A DNA stretch of 64,000 nt from an uncultured Hyphomicrobiales bacterium (GTDB lineage: Bacteria; Pseudomonadota; Alphaproteobacteria; Rhizobiales; TMED25), in NCBI GenBank assembly GCA_905181735.1, contig CAJIYR010000006.1:803-64802 (forward strand), in the 5' to 3' direction. Every line of letters begins with the position of its first letter. Within the stretch, counting starts at the first letter, position 1. The position numbers and the translations under genes were made by a program. The notes beneath the pieces were generated by a model, which worked only from the letters and a program-made list of their open reading frames with translations, had not been told where the DNA came from and made no database searches. This document shows, one piece after another, positions 56,466 through 64,000 of the stretch.

Positions 56466-57521
56466 TTATTTATAATTCTTAGATTCAATCCCAACTATCT
56501 CTTTAATGGAGTTAAAACCTTGCTCTTTTAACAATGTAGATAGTTCCTTCTTTATGTTAATAGCAACATGAGGACCCTGAAAAACTAGTCCTGTGTAGAG
56601 TTGTATTAAACTAGCTCCGGCTTTAATTTTTAAAAAAGCATCGTATCCATTGGCAATTCCGCCTACTCCTATCAAAGGTATTTTCCCCTCTGATATTGTA
56701 TAGGCTTTAGCTAATAAACGAGTTGATAAATTAAAAAGCGGTTTTCCGGATAGACCCCCATCTTGATGTGAATTTTTTATTTTTCCAACCATGGATTTAT
56801 CAATAGTTGTATTGGATATGATTAGGCCGTCAATTTTAGAATCTATTGCAGCTTCTATGATATCGGACAGTTCTGTCTGATTTATATCTGGAGATATTTT
56901 TAGTAAGATAGGTAAATTACAATTGATAGGTTTCTCTGCACTAATTAAGTTTAATAGTTCGCGGATGTTTTGTTTTTGCTGTAATTTTCTTAAATTAGGC
57001 GTGTTCGGAGAAGAAATATTAATAGTTATATAATCAGCTATTTTATAAAATGTTTTGAGACCATATATATAGTCTTCCATCATGTTATCGCTATCTTTAT
57101 TAGCTCCTATATTAACGCCTAAGACTCCAATTCTTTGTCTATTTTTTAATTTTAATTTTACTTTTTCTGCGCCTTTGCTATTAAAACCTAATCTATTTAT
57201 CATACCCTCTGCTTCTTCTAGTCGAAATATGCGAGGTTTAGGATTACCTTCTTGTGGTCTGGGTGTAACAGTCCCCACTTCAACAAACCCAAACCCCATT
57301 TTCAATAGTTCATTTGGTACCTCTCCGTTCTTATCAAAGCCCGCAGCCATTCCAATGGGGTTGTCAAAAGATAAATTTATAATATTTTGTGAAAGTACAT
57401 TTGACGATTTTTCTGTATCAATTGGATGTAAGCCGAGCTTTATACCACTTATAGCTATACTGTGCGCTTTCTCAGGGTCGGTTGAAAAAATAGCAGGTTT
57501 TATAAACTTATATATATCCAT
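56466..57521 (-). CDS. pyrD: dihydroorotate dehydrogenase (quinone), class 2
   Basis: Motifs …GFDKNGE…, …GFVEVGTVTPRPQEGNPKPR… and …SSPNTPNLR…. Confidence 0.95.
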   Translation of the reverse strand: MDIYKFIKPAIFSTDPEKAHSIAISGIKLGLHPIDTEKSSNVLSQNIINLSFDNPIGMAAGFDKNGEVPNELLKMGFGFVEVGTVTPRPQEGNPKPRIFRLEEAEGMINRLGFNSKGAEKVKLKLKNRQRIGVLGVNIGANKDSDNMMEDYIYGLKTFYKIADYITINISSPNTPNLRKLQQKQNIRELLNLISAEKPINCNLPILLKISPDINQTELSDIIEAAIDSKIDGLIISNTTIDKSMVGKIKNSHQDGGLSGKPLFNLSTRLLAKAYTISEGKIPLIGVGGIANGYDAFLKIKAGASLIQLYTGLVFQGPHVAINIKKELSTLLKEQGFNSIKEIVGIESKNYK

Positions 57522-57558
57522 ATATTTACAATAATAACTTAAAATTAAGATTTTTCAT

Positions 57559-59160
57559 CTATTTTTTTGTGATTAATTTTCCGTCTAGGGCTTCTTTAAT
57601 TAATTTTTGAGTTTCTTTAATACCATAAATTGCTACAAAAGAACCAAATCTTGGCCCTTGTTTAAGGCCAAGAAGAACTTCATATATTGCGCTAAACCAA
57701 TCTTTTAGAGGTTCAAAGGAAAAGTCTTTTCCTACTTGATATATGAGGGTTTGTATTTCTTCGCTATCGGCATTTTTATCGATTTCTCCAATTAATTTAG
57801 ATAGATTGATTAGCGCTTCCTTTTCTTTTTTTGTTGCTAATCTGTAAACTTTATTTGGTTTAACAAAATCATGAAAATATGAAATGGCATATTCAATCAT
57901 TTGGTCTAAGAGCGGGTTATTATCAGGATTTGCATTTCCACCAATATAATTTTTTATAAATCCCCATAGTGTATTCTTATCTTCGGAGTTTGAAGCACTA
58001 ACAAGATTAAGTAGTAGCGAAAATGACACTATATTTTCTATTTTTGGTGGATTTCCCGAATGAATATGCCAAACTGGATTCTCAAATTTTTCTTTTTCTT
58101 CTTTAATCTTATGGTAATTCATTAAATGAGTGTTGTATTCATCAACATTTTTAGGAATAATATCAAAATATAGCCTTTTTGCTTTTCTTGGAGATTGGAA
58201 CATGAATAAGGATAAACTTTCTTGAGTTGCATATTTTAGCCAGGATTCTATCGAAATCCCATTTCCTCTAGATTTCGATATCTTTTCACCATTTTCATCT
58301 AAAAATAATTCATAGTTAAATCCTGCTGGTGGAGTGCCTTTTATAATTCTGCATATTTTGCTACTAATCTTTACGGAATCTATTAGATCTTTCCCTGACA
58401 TCTCGTAATTAACTTTCAGAGCTTTCCATCTCATTGCCCAATCAGCTCTCCATTGTAATTTACATTTCCCTTTTAAAATCGAAACCTCTGTTTCTTTTTT
58501 TGTATTAGGGTCAGTAAAGCTAATGGTATTATTTTTGACGTCACATTCATTGATTTTTACCTGCAGAACTTCTCCAGTTATTGGGCATATCGGAAGTATA
58601 GGGCTATAGCTAGCTTTACGCTCACTGCCAAGAATTGGAGTGACGGTTGAACAAATTTTATCATGGTTAAGCAATATTAGTTTTAGCGTTTCATCAAAAA
58701 TCCCTGAAGTATAATAATCCGTAGAACTTACGAATTCATAGGAAAAATTGAATTTGTCCAAGAACATTTTTAATCTAGCGTTATTATATTCGCCAAAGCT
58801 ATTGTATTCACCAAATGGATCTGGAACTTTAGTAAGAGGCATACCAATATAGGGCAGCATTTTATCTTGATTTGGTATATTTTCTGGCACTTTTCTAAGT
58901 GCATCCAGATCATCAGAAAAGCAGATTAGTTTTGTTTTAATTTGATCTCCAGTTATGACTTTGAATGCATTTTGTACCATAAGAGTTCTAGCTACTTCTC
59001 CAAATGTACCAATGTGAGGGAGCCCAGAAGGCCCATATCCAGTTTGAAATATAATGGTATTATTGCAATCATCTTCTGATAACTGATCAATTAATTTATT
59101 GGCCTCTTGAAACGGCCAGGCTTTGATACCTTCTGTGATATTTTGTGTTATTTTATTCAT
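57559..59160 (-). CDS. lysK: lysyl-tRNA synthetase, class I
   Basis: …GYGPSGLPHIGTFGE… is the HIGH-type motif and …KISKSRG… the KMSKS-type motif; 533 aa. Confidence 0.9.
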   Translation of the reverse strand: MNKITQNITEGIKAWPFQEANKLIDQLSEDDCNNTIIFQTGYGPSGLPHIGTFGEVARTLMVQNAFKVITGDQIKTKLICFSDDLDALRKVPENIPNQDKMLPYIGMPLTKVPDPFGEYNSFGEYNNARLKMFLDKFNFSYEFVSSTDYYTSGIFDETLKLILLNHDKICSTVTPILGSERKASYSPILPICPITGEVLQVKINECDVKNNTISFTDPNTKKETEVSILKGKCKLQWRADWAMRWKALKVNYEMSGKDLIDSVKISSKICRIIKGTPPAGFNYELFLDENGEKISKSRGNGISIESWLKYATQESLSLFMFQSPRKAKRLYFDIIPKNVDEYNTHLMNYHKIKEEKEKFENPVWHIHSGNPPKIENIVSFSLLLNLVSASNSEDKNTLWGFIKNYIGGNANPDNNPLLDQMIEYAISYFHDFVKPNKVYRLATKKEKEALINLSKLIGEIDKNADSEEIQTLIYQVGKDFSFEPLKDWFSAIYEVLLGLKQGPRFGSFVAIYGIKETQKLIKEALDGKLITKK

Positions 59161-59207
59161 CTCTAATTACAGTTATTTTTTTATATAAAATTTAATAATA
59201 TATAAAA

Positions 59208-60407
59208 TTATCCATAAAAATGTTTGGATAATTTTAATGTTTGTGATTGGTATGTTGATCCTATATCTTTTCCATATAATTTTTTTGAATCTTCGGCAAG
59301 TTTCTCATATTTTAAACGTGCGACAATTTGTTTATGCTCAAGATAAAAAGGAACATCTAAACTTCTTACTTCTAACACTGCTCGGCTACCTTTTCCTCCG
59401 GTTGAAGAGAAGCCAAACCCAGGATCAAAGAAACCTGCATAATGCACACGAAATTCACCCATCGACGGATCAATTGGAACCATCTCTGCTGCAAAATTTG
59501 GGGGGATGCTCACTGATTCAGAAGAGGCTAGTATATAAAATTCATTTGGATCAAGTATTATTCTATTTGAGGGATCTTGAATTATGGGATCCCAGTAATC
59601 ACTAGTTTTGTAATAGTTTATATTATCTACATCGATTGGTGCTGTGTAAGGCTTTGCTCGATAACCAATAATGTCTGAATCACTTTTCAGAGAGATACTC
59701 AATTGTAAGCCGTCTCTAATGCTCGCTTTCCCCTCTACTAGGCCAATTCCATTATGAGTTTTACATAGTTCATCGTGTAATTTCATGAGCTCTCTGTCAG
59801 ATAAAGTAGACCTTTGGGTTTCAAGTTGAGTCGAATTTTTTCTAATAAATCTAATTTGGCTTAGACGGCTCCCTTCTCTAACTTTTATAGAGAATTTATG
59901 AGGTGATATCTCTGCATACAGTGGGCCTTTGTAACCAAGTGGAATTGTATCGAAAGCTTGTGTCCCATCAGCTATAACTCTTGTGAAAACATCAATTCTT
60001 CCTGTTGAACTTTTAGGGTTAGCAATGGCCCATAAGCTTTCTGGTAGATCTAAATATTCTTGCAATTCAACTAAATAAACACAATTTCTTTCCAAGACAA
60101 CACCGTCTTCAATATTAAATTCATGGTCAATTAGATCTTTGGCGCATTCTTTAATTGACCTACCTTCGCTTGGGATAAAGCTAGCTCTAATTCTGTAAGC
60201 TTTTTTCCCTAATCTTAGATCTAGGCTTGCAGGTTGTATTTGTTGTTTTTTTATTTCATTTATTGATAATAATTTTTTTCTGGCAATGAGTGTTTCAATA
60301 AGGTGATCTGGAAGAATTCCACTAGCTCCACTTAAAGATTGCGTTTTTTTTGAGTTGTGAGAATTATCATTTTCTTCTGAATTTATAAGGAGATTTTTAT
60401 TTATCAT
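59208..60407 (-). CDS. dcd: 2'-deoxycytidine 5'-triphosphate deaminase (long, DCD family)
   Basis: 399 aa with …GILPDHLIETLI… and duplicated dUTPase-like beta-barrel halves, as in the alphaproteobacterial long form. Confidence 0.7.
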   Translation of the reverse strand: MINKNLLINSEENDNSHNSKKTQSLSGASGILPDHLIETLIARKKLLSINEIKKQQIQPASLDLRLGKKAYRIRASFIPSEGRSIKECAKDLIDHEFNIEDGVVLERNCVYLVELQEYLDLPESLWAIANPKSSTGRIDVFTRVIADGTQAFDTIPLGYKGPLYAEISPHKFSIKVREGSRLSQIRFIRKNSTQLETQRSTLSDRELMKLHDELCKTHNGIGLVEGKASIRDGLQLSISLKSDSDIIGYRAKPYTAPIDVDNINYYKTSDYWDPIIQDPSNRIILDPNEFYILASSESVSIPPNFAAEMVPIDPSMGEFRVHYAGFFDPGFGFSSTGGKGSRAVLEVRSLDVPFYLEHKQIVARLKYEKLAEDSKKLYGKDIGSTYQSQTLKLSKHFYG

Positions 60408-60555
60408 TTTATTAAACTTTAATTATACGCGACAGATTTTTCTGGTTAACTTTAGTATATACAAGATTAGTTCTGATAAATAGATATAAATTTAGTAATT
60501 AAAGTAATTATTGACCATTAATCACAACCATTATAAGGTAAGATAGTGGTAATTT

Positions 60556-60610
60556 GGGGCCAGCCAGCTTGCAACCACTTATATAAATCGCTAAATAGGC
60601 TGGGTTACTC
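60556..60610 (+). ncRNA. candidate riboswitch aptamer / attenuator sensor upstream of metZ (SAM-II/SAM-V class suspected)
   Basis: CCAGCC (60560-65) pairs with GGCUGG (60598-603), enclosing AGCUUGC…AAAUCGCUAAA. The same 3' strand (60598-606) can alternatively pair with 60611-619. The class assignment is inference. Confidence 0.5.
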
Positions 60611-60638
60611 AACCTAGCTTATAGCTAGGTTTTTTTTT
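60611..60638 (+). terminator. intrinsic terminator of the metZ leader (expression platform)
   Basis: AACCTAGCT-tat-AGCTAGGTT is a 9-bp stem followed by a U run that ends at the GGAG RBS of metZ. Confidence 0.75.
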
Positions 60639-60648
60639 GGAGAAGACT

Positions 60649-61842
60649 ATGAAAGATAAATCTTTTTTATTGAATAGAAGTATGGAAAGTAATTTAATTC
60701 ACGGAGGAGTTTTGAGATCTCAATTCAACGAGACATCAGAAGCAATATTCCTAACATCTGGTTATGTTTACAATAGCCCTGAAGAAGCAGAAGCTAGATT
60801 TAAAGGTGAAAGTGATGGGTATATTTATAGTCGTTACTCTAACCCTAATATCACGATGCTTGAAGATAAATTGTCTATAATGGAAGGATCTGAAGCGGCG
60901 CGCTTGACATCAAGTGGCATGGCTGCAGTTTTCAATTCATTATTTACAAATGTTAAGAGCGGCGATCATATAGTTGCTTCGGATGCTCTGTTTGGTTCAT
61001 CTATTTATATATTGAAAGACTTATTTCCAAAATATAACATAGAGGTAACTCTTGTTAGGGCAACTGATATTGATGCATGGGAGGCTGCGATAAAAGAAAA
61101 TACAAAATTATTTTTCTTTGAAACTCCTACAAATCCAATGTTAGAAGTTTTAGATATTACTCTTTTGAGTTCGCTTGCAAAATCAAGAAATATTAAAGTC
61201 ATTGTAGATAATGTTTTCTCAACACCATTAAGACAAAGACCGCTTCAGTTGGGCGCAGATATAGTTGTATATTCAACTACAAAACATATAGATGGACAAG
61301 GTAGGTGTCTTGGCGGAGCAATATTAGGTGAAGCTGATTATATTGAAGGTGAATTGCATAATTATCTAAAACACACTGGACCTGCGTTAAGTCCATTTAA
61401 TGCTTGGGTTATGGTTAAAGGGCTTGAAACCCTTGATGTCAGAACTTCAAGGCACATAGAAAATGCACAATTGATAGCAGACGAATTATCCCTAAACTCT
61501 AAAATTAAGAAATTAATCTATCCAGGAAATGATGACCATCCTCAGAAATCAATAATTAACAAACAAATGATTGGAGGAGGGCCAATTGTGACCTTCGAAT
61601 TGCATGGAGGGAAGTCTAATGCATTTGCATTTTTGAACTCTTTAAATATGATATTAATTTCAAATAATCTTGGAGATGCTAAAAGTTTAATTACCCATCC
61701 TTCAACAACTACCCATCAGAAATTAACAGATAAAGAGAAGGGTGTGCTTGGTATTAGCGATTCTGTGTTAAGGTTATCTGTTGGTTTAGAAAATCCAAAT
61801 GATTTGATTGACGATATAAGCAATGCCCTTAATTCGATATGA
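60649..61842 (+). CDS. metZ: O-succinylhomoserine sulfhydrylase
   Basis: N-terminus …LIHGGVLRSQFNETSEAIFLTSGYVYNSPEEAEARFKGE…YIYSRYSNPN… with the PLP Lys in …STTKHIDGQG…. The start is moved to ATG 60649 (GGAG RBS). Confidence 0.9.
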   Translation: MKDKSFLLNRSMESNLIHGGVLRSQFNETSEAIFLTSGYVYNSPEEAEARFKGESDGYIYSRYSNPNITMLEDKLSIMEGSEAARLTSSGMAAVFNSLFTNVKSGDHIVASDALFGSSIYILKDLFPKYNIEVTLVRATDIDAWEAAIKENTKLFFFETPTNPMLEVLDITLLSSLAKSRNIKVIVDNVFSTPLRQRPLQLGADIVVYSTTKHIDGQGRCLGGAILGEADYIEGELHNYLKHTGPALSPFNAWVMVKGLETLDVRTSRHIENAQLIADELSLNSKIKKLIYPGNDDHPQKSIINKQMIGGGPIVTFELHGGKSNAFAFLNSLNMILISNNLGDAKSLITHPSTTTHQKLTDKEKGVLGISDSVLRLSVGLENPNDLIDDISNALNSI

Positions 61843-61915
61843 CTATATTTTGTATATATTTTTCTTAATCTTAATTATATAATTAGAATAATGTATAAAT
61901 TACTAAGGCTTGCAG

Positions 61916-62308
61916 ATGAATATAAATATAAAAAATGATATTATAATTAATGTTGATCCTGTTTATTTAGAGGATGAATCAGAGCCTGAAGAAGATTATT
62001 TCCTATGGGCATATACAATAAATATCTTAAATGAAGGTAAAGAACCAATACAGTTAAGGTCAAGGTATTGGAGAATTACTGATAATCAAGGTATTATGCA
62101 TGAAGTAAGTGGTGAAGGTGTTGTGGGCGAACAGCCAATATTGAACCCAGGAGAGTCATATGAATATACTAGTGGCGTACCATTAACAACGCCATCCGGA
62201 ATTATGGTAGGGTCTTACATGATGGAGAATGATATGGGGGAAAGTTTTATTGTAGACATCCCAGCTTTTTCGCTTGATAGTCCGTTTGATTTGCATCAAA
62301 TACATTAA
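61916..62308 (+). CDS. apaG: ApaG (DUF525) protein
   Basis: …FLWAYTINILNEGKEPIQLRSRYWRITDNQG…GEGVVGEQPILNPGESYEYTSG…. The start is taken as ATG 61916. Confidence 0.9.
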   Translation: MNINIKNDIIINVDPVYLEDESEPEEDYFLWAYTINILNEGKEPIQLRSRYWRITDNQGIMHEVSGEGVVGEQPILNPGESYEYTSGVPLTTPSGIMVGSYMMENDMGESFIVDIPAFSLDSPFDLHQIH

Positions 62309-62328
62309 TAAAGTGATTTCATAATAAG

Positions 62329-63774
62329 ATGAATTATCGCCCAATTATAAAAGTTATTGGAATATTTTTAATTATTTTAGGTATGTTTATGTTCATACCT
62401 GCTGGTGTTGATATTATTAGTGGCACAAAAGATATAAAAGTTTTTGTGCTTTCTGGTTTAATAACTATTTTAATTGGTGTTGTATTAAATTTATCAGTCT
62501 GGGGAAGAAGTGACATTCTAGGCACAAAAGAAGCGTTTATTTTGACAACACTTTCGTGGTTTGTGATTGCTGTATTTTCAGCGATACCATTTTATTTATC
62601 GGATATTGGTTTAGATTTTACTGATTCATTTTTCGAGTCTATGTCCGGGATAACGACCACAGGGGCAACGGTTATTGATACTTTAGATGATCAATCACGC
62701 GGAATATTAATATGGAGGTCTTTATTGCAATGGTTGGGCGGGATAGGGATTATTGTAATGGCTGTTGCGGTATTGCCGATGTTACAAATTGGTGGTATGC
62801 AGCTATTTAGGTTGGAATCATCTGATGCATCAGATAAAATCTTGCCAAGAGCTACACAAATTGCTGGTTCATTAACATTATTGTACTTATCTCTTACATT
62901 ACTATGCACTCTCGCATATAAATTTTCTGGTATGGGCTTATTTGATTCACTCGCACACTCAATGACAACAATATCAACTGGCGGATATTCAACTCACAAT
63001 GAATCATTTAAATATTTTGACAATGTTACAATTGACTATATGGCAATTATTTTTATGATATTAGGAAGTTTGCCTTTTGTATTATATCTTCATTTGATAA
63101 GAGGGAAAGCCTCCACGTTTTACAAAGATACACAAGTTATCGCATTCATAGTAACATTGCTTATAATAGTCTCTATAACATGTTTATATTTATATTTTAA
63201 TAATTTTGGTAATAATTCTGAGATATTGAGAATTGTATCTTTTAATATCGTGTCGATAATGACAGGCACGGGTTTCGTAACTGATAATTATATGGAATGG
63301 GGCTCTTTTGCTGTTATTATTTTTTTCTTTATTATGTTTATTGGAGGTTGTGCGGGCTCAACTTCTTGTGGAATTAAAATATTTAGATTTCAAGTGTTGT
63401 TTCAGCACATAAAAATACAACTTAAGAAAATCTCCTACCCCAATGCAATACTCGTTCCACAATATAATAGAAAAGAGATTCCTGATGGCGCTTCGCGATC
63501 TGTAATGGCATTCTTTTTGTTATTCTTCTTATCATTTGTTTTACTATCTTCCGTTTTAAGTTTTATGGGTTTAGACACAATCACAGCACTATCAGCGGCA
63601 GCAAGTGCGCTTGCTAATGTTGGGCCCGGTTTAGGTGATACCGTTGGTCCTTCTGGTTCATATTCATCTCTGTCTATGGGTGTTAAATGGGTTCTTTCAT
63701 TTGGTATGTTGCTGGGTAGACTTGAATTATTTACTGTCTTGGTAATATTAACACCATATTTTTGGAGAAAGTAA
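62329..63774 (+). CDS. trkH: TrkH-family potassium uptake protein
   Basis: 481 aa with repeated M1-P-M2 units, including …SGITTTGATV… and …ISTGGYST…. Confidence 0.9.
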   Translation: MNYRPIIKVIGIFLIILGMFMFIPAGVDIISGTKDIKVFVLSGLITILIGVVLNLSVWGRSDILGTKEAFILTTLSWFVIAVFSAIPFYLSDIGLDFTDSFFESMSGITTTGATVIDTLDDQSRGILIWRSLLQWLGGIGIIVMAVAVLPMLQIGGMQLFRLESSDASDKILPRATQIAGSLTLLYLSLTLLCTLAYKFSGMGLFDSLAHSMTTISTGGYSTHNESFKYFDNVTIDYMAIIFMILGSLPFVLYLHLIRGKASTFYKDTQVIAFIVTLLIIVSITCLYLYFNNFGNNSEILRIVSFNIVSIMTGTGFVTDNYMEWGSFAVIIFFFIMFIGGCAGSTSCGIKIFRFQVLFQHIKIQLKKISYPNAILVPQYNRKEIPDGASRSVMAFFLLFFLSFVLLSSVLSFMGLDTITALSAAASALANVGPGLGDTVGPSGSYSSLSMGVKWVLSFGMLLGRLELFTVLVILTPYFWRK

Positions 63775-64000
63775 AATTATTAAAGAATTAAATATTGAGT
63801 CATTATTAGTTGAGCAAAGAAGAATATTATTAGACTTAATATCTTTTGATACAACGAGTTGTAATTCAAATATTGGAATTGTTAATTTTATAGTATCTTA
63901 TTTTGAAAAGTTTAATATAAACCCAACTTTAGTTAAGGATGTAAAGGCAAAAAAAGCTGCGATTTATGCAACTATTGGACCTAATATTGAAGGTGGGGTC
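63752..64000 (+). CDS. 5' end of acetylornithine deacetylase-like M20 peptidase (ArgE/DapE family); start codon unresolved; runs off the window
   Basis: The open frame …KIIKELNIESLLVEQRRILLDLISFDTTSCNSNIGIVNFIVSYFEKFNINPTLVKDVKAKKAAIYATIGPNIEGGV matches ArgE N-termini by eye. There is no in-frame ATG/GTG/TTG after the stop at 63749-51. Confidence 0.55.

Overview
A strongly AT-rich bacterial chromosome segment. Gene content and order look like a streamlined marine alphaproteobacterium (SAR11/Pelagibacterales-like or a similar AT-rich lineage). That assignment rests on synteny and protein motifs, not on a database search. The middle of the window (about 13.2-41.3 kb) is a conserved alphaproteobacterial core block: TIGR02300, aroA-cmk-rpsA-sppA-ihfB-pyrF-trpFBA-accD-folC, then trxA, sbcB, murU-like, sbmA/bacA, a tsaE-kinase fusion, a PAS histidine kinase, ahcY, HPr, EIIA(Man), chvG/chvI, pckA and polA. 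A second housekeeping block lies at 54.7-64 kb: TauE/TSUP plus TIGR02186, pyrD, class I lysyl-tRNA synthetase, long dCTP deaminase, metZ, apaG, trkH and the start of an argE-like gene. Two stretches look accessory. The first is 0-13 kb, with ORFan membrane/secreted proteins, CDF efflux, a periplasmic rhodanese, a PAE-like esterase, tRNA-Ala, photolyase-associated genes and an unusually organised nitrile-hydratase-like enzyme. The second is 41.4-54.5 kb, with an orphan ABC ATPase, two paralogous mini membrane proteins, SDRs, tRNA-Arg, an SMR pump, a Y-family polymerase and a dehydrogenase/cupin/NIPSNAP/YtoQ islet with an ATPase-less ABC importer. I found no rRNA, CRISPR array, transposase, integrase or prophage genes. 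The observations I rate highest are: (1) a Co-type nitrile-hydratase/thiocyanate-hydrolase-like enzyme whose beta subunit is split, with the N-half fused to alpha through a His-rich linker; (2) a tandem pair of paralogous ~70-aa two-helix membrane proteins with duplicated translation-initiation regions; (3) a riboswitch-like attenuator with mutually exclusive helices ahead of metZ; (4) a perfect alphaproteobacterial LexA box shared by a Y-family polymerase and an unknown divergent gene; (5) a perfect 20-3-20 bp palindrome in a divergent dehydrogenase promoter; (6) a GC-rich, tRNA-Gly-like structured remnant; and (7) departures from conserved alphaproteobacterial synteny (no hprK, sbmA inserted, sbcB where addAB is expected). 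No classical defence or mobile system is evident. All functional calls come from motif recognition by eye.
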